NCBI GenBank assembly: GCA_049616955.1
Contig: JBMZIJ010000009.1
Location: forward strand, 348-64,347
Source of the DNA: Candidatus Poseidoniaceae archaeon
GTDB taxonomy: Archaea; Thermoplasmatota; Poseidoniia; Poseidoniales; Poseidoniaceae
Reading direction: 5' to 3'
DNA: 64,000 nt
Both the position numbers and the translations under genes were made by a program. Numbering within the stretch: position 1 is the stretch's first letter; each line of letters opens with the position of its first letter. Under the pieces are notes generated by a model that saw nothing but the letters and a program-made list of their open reading frames with translations, ran no database searches and was not told the DNA's origin. Shown here in pieces: positions 48,963 to 58,803 of the stretch.

Positions 48963-50777
48963 ATGCCTGTCTTGAGCCATCCATTTTTGCGGGATGGCAT
49001 CGAGGCAAGAGGTTATCAAATCGCAGCAACGCAAGCATGCATTCGTTGCTCGACCTTGTTGGTCATGCCGACTGGATTTGGTAAAACCGCTGTACAGTGG
49101 AACTGCATTGCCGACGCACTCGAGTCTGGTGTTGAGAAAATTGTCATTACTGCACCAACCGTGGGTTTGGTTGAACAACAACGGCGTATGATTCTTGAGC
49201 GGATCGTCATCGAATCGGAAAAAGTGCGAACGTACACTGGGAGCGATCGACCTGCAAAACGTGGAGACATTTGGCAAGAAGCGACAATCATCATAGCGAC
49301 ACCACAAGTCATCCGCAACGACGTTGATACGGGTCTCATTCGTTTGGAACATGTCGGTTTGTTGATTATCGATGAGGCACATCATGCAAAGGGAAATCAC
49401 GCAACTGCTCAAGTTGCCGACCGATATCAAGCTCAGTCACCTGAGCCATGGTTGGTCGCTGCCACAGCAAGTCCTGGTTCTTCGCAGAATGCCATTCGAC
49501 AATTGTGGAATCGATTGAACGTTAATCGAATCTTCGTGGCAAAGCGAGAAGATGACTTGTTGAAACCCTATGCAGTCGATATGAACATCGCAACGATACG
49601 AGTCATGCTTGACTCGAAAACTCTGGCCTTGTTAGAGCCACTTGAAGCACATCAGTTCGAAGAAACGGATGCGCTGAAACGACAAGGATTTCTTGCTCCA
49701 ACAGAACATCTCACTGCGGGTTTGATTGAGGAAGCGGCACAGCGTGCAAGCATTGCGATTTCTCGTAGAGACCCGAGAGGCTACGATGCTGCACGACGGA
49801 TTTCGGATGTTCGGCGAATGCATATGTTGCTCGACTTGTTGAAGACACAGGGTCTTCGATCCGCCCGTTCTTACCTCGAGCGAGCCGACGAACAACTCCG
49901 AGACGGTGAGCGTTCGACCAGTCGATTTCTCAAGAAGCAAGTCATTCACAACTTCAGACAAGCGGTTCAGACTATGGATGAATGCCATCCTAAACCTGCT
50001 TTTGTTTCTCAGCTGGTTCAGGAACATCTGGAAAAGCATCCGGATGAGCGAATTCTCATCTTCAGTGAGTATAGAGATACTGTTGACCATTTGGTTGAGG
50101 ATTTGAATCAAATTGAGAACGCTGTTGTGGATCGATTCATCGGTCAAAGCAAACGTGGAAAACGAGAGGGTATGTCACAAAAGCAGCAACTTGAGCAACT
50201 GGAACGTTTCCGAAACGGTGACATCAATGTTCTCGTGGCCACATCGGTTGGAGAAGAGGGATTGGATGTTCCAAGCGCTTCCATGGTCTTGTTTTACGAG
50301 CCTGTTCCGAGTGCGATTCGTTCGATTCAGCGACGGGGACGTACTGCACGTGAGAGCAGCGGTTCAGTTCATGTACTGGTCGCAAACAACACGCGAGACG
50401 TACATGTCTTGCACGCATCAAGAAATCGAGAACAGCGAATGCACAACGTTCTGGCACGGATGCGGTTGGAAACTCCGTTAGGTTCCTACAAGATTCGAAA
50501 AGAGGGAAAATTGCTCGATTTTGAGATTGTGGAAGGCGATCGCCGACAACCTGCACTCGAATTTTTGGAGCAGGAGAAGACTCGATTAAAATCTATAGAA
50601 TCTGATGCTGAGCAAGATAAACAAGCGAATAGTGAGAATTCATCGTCTTCAACATCGAAGAATCAACCAACATTGCATACTCGTGCTCGATCGCAAAAGA
50701 GTCTCTTCGATTTTGAGGAAGATACGAGCGACCCCTGGAAACCGGTTCTTGACGGCCGAGACATCAACCGCCAATGA
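48963..50777 (+). CDS. Hef/FANCM-like SF2 helicase (ERCC4-related helicase) without a nuclease domain
   Basis: Motifs are R.YQ, motif I MPTGFGKT, motif II IIDEAHHA (DEAH), TSVGEEGLDVP and motif VI QRRGRTAR. After motif VI there is only a low-complexity tail of about 150 aa, with no ERK nuclease motif. Confidence 0.8.
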   Translation: MPVLSHPFLRDGIEARGYQIAATQACIRCSTLLVMPTGFGKTAVQWNCIADALESGVEKIVITAPTVGLVEQQRRMILERIVIESEKVRTYTGSDRPAKRGDIWQEATIIIATPQVIRNDVDTGLIRLEHVGLLIIDEAHHAKGNHATAQVADRYQAQSPEPWLVAATASPGSSQNAIRQLWNRLNVNRIFVAKREDDLLKPYAVDMNIATIRVMLDSKTLALLEPLEAHQFEETDALKRQGFLAPTEHLTAGLIEEAAQRASIAISRRDPRGYDAARRISDVRRMHMLLDLLKTQGLRSARSYLERADEQLRDGERSTSRFLKKQVIHNFRQAVQTMDECHPKPAFVSQLVQEHLEKHPDERILIFSEYRDTVDHLVEDLNQIENAVVDRFIGQSKRGKREGMSQKQQLEQLERFRNGDINVLVATSVGEEGLDVPSASMVLFYEPVPSAIRSIQRRGRTARESSGSVHVLVANNTRDVHVLHASRNREQRMHNVLARMRLETPLGSYKIRKEGKLLDFEIVEGDRRQPALEFLEQEKTRLKSIESDAEQDKQANSENSSSSTSKNQPTLHTRARSQKSLFDFEEDTSDPWKPVLDGRDINRQ

Positions 50778-51621
50778 TCATGGCTCGTGTTCGCAATTGT
50801 GCGAGACGGTCAGGGAAGTGACCTAATGCAAAAGCAACCAATTCTGCTAAATGAATGACGGGAACGGATGTGTCTTTTCCAGTAACCTTTCCTGCTTTGA
50901 CCTGATACGAGTCAAGGTTTGCGTGCGAGATGGTGCAAGCGCTTACAACAAGTTGTGCTCCATTTTCCTTTGCTTCGGAAAGAACCGAGGCTGTCATGCG
51001 GAGCGCAGTTTTCTCGTTCGTAAGGAGACTTGGAGAGCCAACGCTTTGGCATCGAGCATCGTAAGCAATAGGCGTACCGCCAAGAGCGGTGATGAGATCT
51101 TCAAGGTAGTGTGGATTGAATGGGTCATCTTCACCGCAGAACCCTTCACGTTGCATGTATGGGCCGTAGTAGGCTGCAACCTTCATGTTGAGTGGATTCA
51201 AAACAGCAGCTTTGACCTTGTCAAGGCCAATCTCTTCAACAAGCAGGTGAAGGAGGTGTCGAGATTTGGATTCGCCAGCATATTCAATCTTTGATGTACG
51301 AGCAATGAGATTGTTCAATTGTGAAGCCATGACTGGGTTGGATTCCATGGTTGCTGCCGTATCGCAGTGAATGCTGTGTGATGTTGCACATGAGGTCATG
51401 ATGTCAAGACCTTTTTCTTCGGCAAGGGCAAGATTCCTTGCTGCAAGAGCGTGTTGAAGGCGAGGAGATGCTTGTCGGATGATGTTACCACCGTCGGATG
51501 TCGCCTTTGGAAGTTCGATCAAATCGATACCCAATGTTTTGCAGAGCGGTTGAATGCAATCTTCAACCTCCATCATAGCGCCTCTAGCAACATTTCCGGG
51601 ATAGTAGGCTACCTTCATCAA
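50764..51621 (-). CDS. HdrB/SdhE-like double CCG-domain protein with most motif cysteines replaced
   Basis: It is collinear with HdrB as I recall it (MKVAYYPG..., ARNLALAEEKGLDIMT, VAAYYG, PVIHL.EL). However, GC becomes GN, SCC becomes SDG, CxxC becomes CATS, GC becomes GP, CC becomes CQ, and CPFC becomes CTIS. Confidence 0.65.
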   Translation of the reverse strand: MMKVAYYPGNVARGAMMEVEDCIQPLCKTLGIDLIELPKATSDGGNIIRQASPRLQHALAARNLALAEEKGLDIMTSCATSHSIHCDTAATMESNPVMASQLNNLIARTSKIEYAGESKSRHLLHLLVEEIGLDKVKAAVLNPLNMKVAAYYGPYMQREGFCGEDDPFNPHYLEDLITALGGTPIAYDARCQSVGSPSLLTNEKTALRMTASVLSEAKENGAQLVVSACTISHANLDSYQVKAGKVTGKDTSVPVIHLAELVAFALGHFPDRLAQLRTRAMIIGG

Positions 51622-51627
51622 AACACC

Positions 51628-53592
51628 TCAGAATCGCTGATCGAGTTCGTTGAACAGGCTTACCACTTCGTGATGACCTTCCACCTTTCCGTTGAACATA
51701 TTTGGAATCTTACCGACACCAGCTGGTGGAAGAAGAAGCGCTTGCAAACTGCGGATTGGAGGACCACCCGTTCGGGTAAAGCCAAGCATCATTCGAGCAG
51801 AGACGCCCGAAAAGACGTTCGAGACGAGTCCCAATGGCCCGAGAACTTGTCGGTAAAGTGTAGTCTCGTTGAGTTTTCCAGACCACTTCACTGAGCGACC
51901 ATACCACTTGACAAGGCGGCCATGACGACCAGCGTTCTTGTACTCCGTGAGCAATCGGCTGCGTGCATCATTGAGTGTGTTTGAGAGCAAAGCGCCAGTG
52001 ACGCCGTGTCGAGCAATGGAAGCAGAATCTGCTTCTCCCCAAATACCACCTTTTCCTTGCAAGGAAGCCATCAACTGGGCTCGATGCTTTTCAGAGGTAC
52101 GAGGGTCGTTGATGCGAACCCATCGCTGGAGGTGAATTCCTGGACCCTCATAGTCGGCGTCAAAGTCCACCGTATCGGACATGCCATGTGCGAGCATGTG
52201 GCTTGAGACTGCATTCATTTGATGCAGAGCAAGAGCCGTCTCAGATGCGAGAACACCGACTGCTTGTCCACTGAGCAGGCGCTCTCCTTCTCGAGGATCG
52301 GCTTGCATCCATGGCTTTGCTTTGCTTCGGTTTTCTTCGAACTTGCGGGTATCGACAATCAAATCTCGAATTACAGGGTATCCAGGAAGCGGTTCAACCT
52401 TCAAGCGTCCGTTGGAGACGAGGTCGCCAACTCGAGCGACGTCGGAAAGAACAACTCGTCCATTCGCACGAACACCTGTGGTGGCTGTGCCGCCAACGAC
52501 GCCACGTCGGAAAGCGAAGCTTCCGTCAACATCTCGCTGGAATGTGGTGAACAGATCTTCGAGCGATGCGGACGCTGGTACGGCAGTTGCAACAACATCC
52601 CATCCACGCTCGCCTTGGGCAGGGCAGTAACGGAACAATTCCAACTCGACTTGGATTTCAGTTGCATCGATCGTCCCAGGAGCAAAGTCACCTTCGACGA
52701 CATCGTCATCGTCAGATGTTCCGTAGGCCTTCATTTCCTCGACGAGTTCGAGTTGAAGGGTTCCTGAATCATCGACACAAGCGATGCGAGGGAGTGCTTC
52801 TTGGACCCACTCAACCCATGGTGGTTCAAAGTCAACATCGCACAGTTTGATTTCTTGGACACTGGTTGCACCAAGACTGGAAAGTTTACCATCCCAGTCA
52901 AGCCCTGCTTTGCAGAATTCGTCATAGGACGTGTCCCCGATAGCACACACGGAGTAGTGCATCGTCGCAAGTGCTGGTGCACCGGATTGGACGGATTGCC
53001 AGAGAGCTTCAGCATTATCTGGCATTTCTCCCTCACCCCATGTTGAGGTGATGACGAGAAGACGCTTGATGTTGGCGAGGTTCGATTTGTCGTATCCATC
53101 CATATCAACAACGCTTGCATCGAGACCGTAGTTCGAAGCCATCTTTGCAGTCTTTTCCGCAAGACCTGCTGCATTTCCGGTTTGTGAACCGAAGAGGATG
53201 GTCAATGAGCGATCTCCACTCATCAGCGCGGTGAGTTCATCCGATGCAGCGCCACCGACGGCAACGGCTGCAGGTGCTGCTTCAACGGCTGCCTCAGCAG
53301 CAGGTGCTTCTGCAGCGGCTTCGGTTTCTGCACCATCAGCAACAAGTTCGAACTTGATGACTTCAACCGGACAGGCTTCCGCAGCCTCGAGGATGATGTC
53401 AGCATATTGTGTTCCAAAATCGCCGGACAGAGGGCTTTTGCCTTCGTTGCGATCAAAGCCACCGTCCAAACGAACCGCAGCCAAAATTTGCGATGTTTCA
53501 TCGGTCACTTCGAAGACTTCCGGAGCAATGTCTTGACATGCATCGCACGTGATGCAATCTTCGTCAATCCAAACCTTTGCAACGACTGTCAT
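51628..53592 (-). CDS. Ferredoxin - flavodoxin - SdhB/FrdB-like (Cys-less) fusion protein
   Basis: Residues 1-82 form a single-cluster ferredoxin (CITCDAC...ACP). Residues about 128-270 form a flavodoxin-like module (LFGSQTGNA, TSTWGEGEMPDNA, YSVCAIGDTSY). Residues about 314-548 align with SdhB (LFRY.P, SFAFRR, VEPLPGYPVIRDLIVD, KPW, YEGPG) but have no Cys at ligand positions. GGAGGT lies 6 nt before ATG 53592. Confidence 0.65.
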   Translation of the reverse strand: MTVVAKVWIDEDCITCDACQDIAPEVFEVTDETSQILAAVRLDGGFDRNEGKSPLSGDFGTQYADIILEAAEACPVEVIKFELVADGAETEAAAEAPAAEAAVEAAPAAVAVGGAASDELTALMSGDRSLTILFGSQTGNAAGLAEKTAKMASNYGLDASVVDMDGYDKSNLANIKRLLVITSTWGEGEMPDNAEALWQSVQSGAPALATMHYSVCAIGDTSYDEFCKAGLDWDGKLSSLGATSVQEIKLCDVDFEPPWVEWVQEALPRIACVDDSGTLQLELVEEMKAYGTSDDDDVVEGDFAPGTIDATEIQVELELFRYCPAQGERGWDVVATAVPASASLEDLFTTFQRDVDGSFAFRRGVVGGTATTGVRANGRVVLSDVARVGDLVSNGRLKVEPLPGYPVIRDLIVDTRKFEENRSKAKPWMQADPREGERLLSGQAVGVLASETALALHQMNAVSSHMLAHGMSDTVDFDADYEGPGIHLQRWVRINDPRTSEKHRAQLMASLQGKGGIWGEADSASIARHGVTGALLSNTLNDARSRLLTEYKNAGRHGRLVKWYGRSVKWSGKLNETTLYRQVLGPLGLVSNVFSGVSARMMLGFTRTGGPPIRSLQALLLPPAGVGKIPNMFNGKVEGHHEVVSLFNELDQRF

Positions 53593-53702
53593 TTCATGAC
53601 CTCCAAAGCGTCCGCTTCGCGGACAATTTTGCCACCGAACATCGGCCTTTCAACCTTGCCACGTAACCGTGGCACATTTTGTTATGTTTTTCCGCAGAGG
53701 AA

Positions 53703-55334
53703 TCACATATGGAAGTCGTCTTCACCGCCGAATCCGTCAGCCATGCTAACACCCTTTGAAGAAATAACATCGTCGATTCGCAGGATCATAATTGCCGTTT
53801 CAGTTGCGGATTGAATTGCTTGTTCAACGACTCGGAGTGGTTCGAGAACGTTCGCAGCATGCATGTCAACAACACCGCCTTCGTAAACATTGATTCCAGC
53901 GTGAGAGGCTCCATCAGCGTGCGCCTTTCGAAGTGCAATGATGGTCGTTACTGGGTCAAGACCAGCGTTTTCAGCCAGTGTACGCGGAATGATTTCAAGT
54001 GCTGAAGCAAAGGCTTCGATTGCCATTTGCTCACGTCCACCGATGGTCTCTGCGTATGTTCGCAGATCTCGACTCAATGCTGCAAGGACACTTCCGCCAC
54101 CGGTAAGGACTGCTCCGTCTTCCCATGCGACTGAAACAACACCAACTGCGTCATCGAAGGCTCGGCGGATTTCATCAACAACGTGCTCGGTTCCGCCTCG
54201 TAGTAGGACTGAGACAGACTTTGCTTCAGGACATCCGGTGATGAATGTCATGTCGCTCTCACCGATCTTTCGCTCTTCAACACGTGCTGCTTGACCGAGG
54301 TCTTCTGCAGAAAGGTCATCCATGTTGGTCACAATTCGACCTCCAGTGGCCTTCGAGAGTGCCTCCATATCGGACTTCTTGGCTCGACGGATGGCAAAGA
54401 CACCTGCTTTGCTCAAGTAGTGTTGGGCAAGTTCGTCAATACCCTTTTGACAGACGAGAACGTTTGCTCCACTTGCAGTAATCTTGTCCACAAGGCCTCG
54501 AATGTAGTTCTCTTCTTCTGCGAGGAAGGAGGCAAGTTGGTTAGGGTCGGTAATCTGAATCTTCGCATCAACTTCGGTCTTTTTGACTTCAACAGCAGAG
54601 TTGACGAGTGCGATTTTTGCATCGTTGATGCTTCGAGGCATACCCGCATGAACTCGCTCCTTGTCGAGGAGGATACCATCAATGAGCGATGAGTCCTTGA
54701 TGGAGCCACCTTGTCGCTTTTCGACCTTGATGTCGCTAAGATCAACGAGGCGTTCGCCCTCATCGATGACACCAACTGAGTTGACGGCACGGACACAAAT
54801 ATCAGCCATGAAGGCCTTGACTGCGCCTGCTGACTTCCCAGTAAGGGATGTTTTTGCAACCTCGAGGAGAACTTCGTCGTTTCCTTCTGTTGAAATGCCA
54901 TGGCTCTCCAACAATGAAATCGCTTTTTCAGCTGCCAATCGGAAGCCTTCGCAAATAACGGTGGGATGAACATTTTGTTCGATAAGGTCTTCAGAACGCT
55001 TGAGCAATTCTCCTGAGAGGACGACGGCTGATGTGGTTCCATCGTAACAATGCTGCTCTTGGGTCTTGGCAACTTCGATGATCATCTTCGCAGCTGGATG
55101 TTCGATGTCCATCTCCTTGAGGATGGTCGCTCCATCGTTGGTAATGACAACATCACCCATCGAATCGACGAGCATCTTGTCCATTCCTTTCGGACCAAGT
55201 GTTGAACGGACGGAATCGGCAACCGCCTTCGCAGCAGCAATATTGTTTGATTGGGCACTGCGGCCACGGGTGCGTTGTGTTCCTTCTTTGAGAATGAAGA
55301 TTGGTGCTTGTCCGTTTCCATACATGTTGTTCAC
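53703..55334 (-). CDS. ths: Thermosome subunit (group II chaperonin)
   Basis: Motifs are [25 protein letters not shown]-like [10 protein letters not shown] and VLTGGG. The length of 543 aa fits. Confidence 0.96.
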   Translation of the reverse strand: MNNMYGNGQAPIFILKEGTQRTRGRSAQSNNIAAAKAVADSVRSTLGPKGMDKMLVDSMGDVVITNDGATILKEMDIEHPAAKMIIEVAKTQEQHCYDGTTSAVVLSGELLKRSEDLIEQNVHPTVICEGFRLAAEKAISLLESHGISTEGNDEVLLEVAKTSLTGKSAGAVKAFMADICVRAVNSVGVIDEGERLVDLSDIKVEKRQGGSIKDSSLIDGILLDKERVHAGMPRSINDAKIALVNSAVEVKKTEVDAKIQITDPNQLASFLAEEENYIRGLVDKITASGANVLVCQKGIDELAQHYLSKAGVFAIRRAKKSDMEALSKATGGRIVTNMDDLSAEDLGQAARVEERKIGESDMTFITGCPEAKSVSVLLRGGTEHVVDEIRRAFDDAVGVVSVAWEDGAVLTGGGSVLAALSRDLRTYAETIGGREQMAIEAFASALEIIPRTLAENAGLDPVTTIIALRKAHADGASHAGINVYEGGVVDMHAANVLEPLRVVEQAIQSATETAIMILRIDDVISSKGVSMADGFGGEDDFHM

Positions 55335-55385
55335 CTTCGTTTTGGGGCGAGTTGCTGTGGGTCTTGAACCCTACGACTGGCCAGT

Positions 55386-58300
55386 TTACAATTGTCCATC
55401 GAGATATTGCTGACCATAATGCTCCCATTGCTCCATTGTCCAACCATCTGGCAACCCTCCTGGAGGGAGTGGTGGCCCTGCGGAAACAGGTGCGGGAGGT
55501 GTTGGTTCTGGCATGGCGACTGGTTCCGGACTTGGTGGTGCACTCATCGGCACGGTTGGAGCCGCTGCAACTGCACCATACGTAGCGGTTAGCGAGTCTT
55601 GATACATATCATCCCAGTCATCCATATCGTCTTCCTTCTCGATGGTTGTTAGGATCTTGAACGTGATAAATCCAAGGACACAGACAACGATGAGGAATCC
55701 AGACCAGAGGACGATGTTCTTGACAAGTTCTCCATCATCTTCTGAGGAGGCTCCATCACCATCGTCATTGCTCGCAGTTTGTTTCTGGAGAACAACGGTC
55801 AATTTTGCGGTAGGGGAATCAGCGACCGTCAAGGACGTAGCATAAATTGTGAAATTCACGGTCAGACTGTCGGAAGGCAAATTGATGAGCGTTGCTTCAC
55901 TAACCTGAACTTGTACCGTAACCGTTCGAGACATGTCAGATTCAAGTGAGAACTGACCATCGTTGCTGTCGATTCGAACGCTGAGGTAACTCGACCAATC
56001 CCCTGGTACCTTGTCCATCGAAATGGTTTGGGATGGGAAGACCAGGGGGTTCAGTTTGTTCTTGACTTCGATATCCATGGTATAGATGAGGTCTGCTTCA
56101 TCGATTGAGATTGGGGCAGGAGGAGTCAGATCAATGGTTCCTTGACGACCGACGAGATAAGTTGCTTCTCCAGTGTCGGAAATGGTTGGGTCATTGACCG
56201 ATGTTGCTGTAAGCCCAAGTGTTCTAGAGCCATCTGCACCATCGAGGAATCGGAAGCGAACCTTAGCTTCCCATGTTTCACCTGATTGAATGACTGGAGT
56301 TGTTGCGACACCGCCGATTGGAACAGGATCGATGAGTTCAGCAACCATCCCATCTGGAATGTCCAGCGTGATGGTAAAGCGATCTTCGCTGTTACCATAG
56401 TTGGTGATTTCAAACGAACGATCGGTTGTGTCCATCGAACCGGGGAGGAAGGATTGGTCGGATGATTCATCCGAAACTCCAACTGCGGCAGTGTCGAGAA
56501 TTTCGACATTGATTCGGTACGATACAGAAACAGAAGAATCGTCAACGTTGGTTGCGATGACATCAACATAGTATGGGGCAGGCGACAAGCCTACAGGCAT
56601 TGGCAGGGTGAGAATCAATGTTGTTTCACCATCCCATGCGTCCAGAATTGCAGTGGTCTCACCAGCAAGTTCTGCGCCGAGGATGTATTGATGCGGACCG
56701 CCGAGTGAGAGCGCATATTGCTCGTCATCGTTGCCGAGATTGAGCAGTGTCATGTAAACCGTCTCAGTCACGCCATCTGCAGCGCTTTGGAAGGTGTCCT
56801 GATCGGCAGAAATGGAAGCCTGTCGAAGGATTGGAACCTCGATGTTTCGCCCAAGGATGTCTGCACCGAACAAGGAAGTACCACACGAAGGACATGTAGC
56901 ACGGAGGTTGAACGAAACGATGCCGGGTGTTGCAAGACTGTCGGCAGTGACGTTCAAGAAGAGGTTCTCAACTTCGGCTTTCTCAAGGATGATTGGGTTA
57001 GGAACTGGCACACCAGTTTCGTTTTCAACAACCGCACTCCAACCATCTTCGGAGAATGTTGTAACGAGATTGTAGGATGCATCACGATTTCCAACGTTTT
57101 GCAATCGTACTGGGATTTGACCGGACTCGCCTGGCAACAGCGTATCGGCAAGCAAAGGCACTTGCGACGTTAAGGAAACACCAAATTGTTCGGTGATAGC
57201 AAGATTCATCGATATACGACCCTTTTCTCCAGAGTTCGTTCCGCCGCTGTCTCGGAACCATACCTGCCAAGTTTGTTGTTGGACATCAGCTCCTGCAGGG
57301 ATGCTGATGTTGACGTAAACGTCGGTCGTTTGACCTGCTCCGAGGCCTTGGATGATGACAGGAGAGAAGAAATCGTTCGGGTTTGTTGTTTCAATTCGAA
57401 TCGATGGGAAGCCTGGATCCATCCATGTAAGGTTGGTGACGTTGGAGTAGACGGAAATCGTAGCACTTGAGTATCCATTGTTGGTCACCAAACAGTGCAA
57501 AGAAACAGTGTTGGAAGGTGGTGAAGAGAATCCTGCCTCTGGATTGTCACAATCGATATCGAGGGTAAAGTCAGCGACCTTTGAAACGCCGAATTGAATG
57601 AAGTCATCAACGTGCATTCCTTCGGAAGCACCACTGTTGTCGGAATTGAACAGTAGGCCGATTGAGTAAGAATTTCCACCGAGGAACAAATCGGGATTAG
57701 CTAAACCTGGGATTTGAGCCCAATCGACTTGAGGATCCCATGAAACGTTGGTCCATTGACCTGGGGCGGGGCTGGGTGCACCGTTTGAGAAGTTCCATAC
57801 AAGGGACTCCATCTTGTTGTTGTAATTTCCAGAGCCTCGCCACAATTCGAAGGCCACGTTATCGCCAGCAGCAAGTGAACCCCATGTTTGCGCATAGAAC
57901 TGTGTTGAGATGAATTCACCCGCAAAGAAGGTCTTTCGGCACACGTAGGTTTGGTAGGTTTGTGACATTCCAGGGTCTAGTTGACCGAGAGCCCCACACT
58001 GGCCACCTGCAGGGAAGAACATGTGAACGAGACGGTCATGCGCGCCTGATGGATAATCTGCTCCAGGATTGGAGTGTCGCCAGTGGTCGGTTCCTTCTGG
58101 ACCTCCTGTGTCGGTTTGCCAACTGCCTGCACCTGTTGCATCTCCACCGCCAGATGGATATCGACCTGAGATAAATGTCGGAGATTCAACAGCGAGAGTT
58201 GTACCATCGAATTTGTCCTTCATGATGGCAACTGGGACGGCCTTTTCCATGACATCGTTTCCATTGATGTTGTCGTTGGAGTAGAGTACACTTGCACGTA

Positions 58301-58769
58301 CGATGAGCCCACCACCAAGGTCGTTGGTTGTCGTATTGAGAATCGAATGAGCAATCACTGGCGTCCATACGTAAGACCCTTCGTTTTGTTGTCCACCCAA
58401 CAAATCAGGGGTCGTGAAATTTGAAGATTCAATCACATATCCAATAGGATGGACGATTTCGATTTGAACTTCTGCGGACTTACCTGTGAGGGAACTTCCT
58501 CCCAGTTGAACTTGCACGATGACTTCGACTTCTTGACCCATGATCAGATAATCAACGGTCGATTGATCCGATTGAACCCAAGTGAAGGCAGGATCGGAGA
58601 CGTTTCCGATTGTAATTTTCTTCAGAATAAAGTCATCATTGTCGCCACCTCGGCCAGATGCTGCTTCGGCTGAATCCAGCACGAGCAAAGAGGCGGTCTG
58701 AAACATCATGAGAGCAATCAAAAGCATAGGTATACTGCGTCGCATCGTCATCAACGCTCCTCCCAACAA
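55386..58769 (-). CDS. Large secreted cell-surface protein, C-terminally membrane-anchored with a Pro-rich cytoplasmic tail
   Basis: It has an N-terminal signal-like segment ([22 protein letters not shown]) and many N-x-S/T sequons in a long beta-rich ectodomain. One TM helix ([22 protein letters not shown]) follows. The tail carries [49 protein letters not shown]. The start may be an internal Met at 58751 or 58745. Confidence 0.7.
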   Translation of the reverse strand: MLGGALMTMRRSIPMLLIALMMFQTASLLVLDSAEAASGRGGDNDDFILKKITIGNVSDPAFTWVQSDQSTVDYLIMGQEVEVIVQVQLGGSSLTGKSAEVQIEIVHPIGYVIESSNFTTPDLLGGQQNEGSYVWTPVIAHSILNTTTNDLGGGLIVRASVLYSNDNINGNDVMEKAVPVAIMKDKFDGTTLAVESPTFISGRYPSGGGDATGAGSWQTDTGGPEGTDHWRHSNPGADYPSGAHDRLVHMFFPAGGQCGALGQLDPGMSQTYQTYVCRKTFFAGEFISTQFYAQTWGSLAAGDNVAFELWRGSGNYNNKMESLVWNFSNGAPSPAPGQWTNVSWDPQVDWAQIPGLANPDLFLGGNSYSIGLLFNSDNSGASEGMHVDDFIQFGVSKVADFTLDIDCDNPEAGFSSPPSNTVSLHCLVTNNGYSSATISVYSNVTNLTWMDPGFPSIRIETTNPNDFFSPVIIQGLGAGQTTDVYVNISIPAGADVQQQTWQVWFRDSGGTNSGEKGRISMNLAITEQFGVSLTSQVPLLADTLLPGESGQIPVRLQNVGNRDASYNLVTTFSEDGWSAVVENETGVPVPNPIILEKAEVENLFLNVTADSLATPGIVSFNLRATCPSCGTSLFGADILGRNIEVPILRQASISADQDTFQSAADGVTETVYMTLLNLGNDDEQYALSLGGPHQYILGAELAGETTAILDAWDGETTLILTLPMPVGLSPAPYYVDVIATNVDDSSVSVSYRINVEILDTAAVGVSDESSDQSFLPGSMDTTDRSFEITNYGNSEDRFTITLDIPDGMVAELIDPVPIGGVATTPVIQSGETWEAKVRFRFLDGADGSRTLGLTATSVNDPTISDTGEATYLVGRQGTIDLTPPAPISIDEADLIYTMDIEVKNKLNPLVFPSQTISMDKVPGDWSSYLSVRIDSNDGQFSLESDMSRTVTVQVQVSEATLINLPSDSLTVNFTIYATSLTVADSPTAKLTVVLQKQTASNDDGDGASSEDDGELVKNIVLWSGFLIVVCVLGFITFKILTTIEKEDDMDDWDDMYQDSLTATYGAVAAAPTVPMSAPPSPEPVAMPEPTPPAPVSAGPPLPPGGLPDGWTMEQWEHYGQQYLDGQL

Positions 58770-58803
58770 CTTGCATCATATGAAGATGGTCGTTGTTTGC
58801 TCT

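Noticed and set aside
53610-53674. Two short hairpins (GTCCGC-TTC-GCGGAC and TGCCACG-TAAC-CGTGGCA) between the thermosome gene and the ferredoxin-flavodoxin fusion gene, considered as a terminator.
   Set aside because: Neither is followed by a U-run on the transcribed (minus) strand. The stems are only 6-7 bp. They may still matter, but I cannot support a terminator call.
54413-55072. A 219-aa same-strand alternative-frame ORF inside the thermosome gene. A 206-aa ORF inside S3 (43933-44553) is similar.
   Set aside because: These frames overlap strongly supported genes, they have no SD or start context, and their composition is Ser/Leu/Arg-rich.
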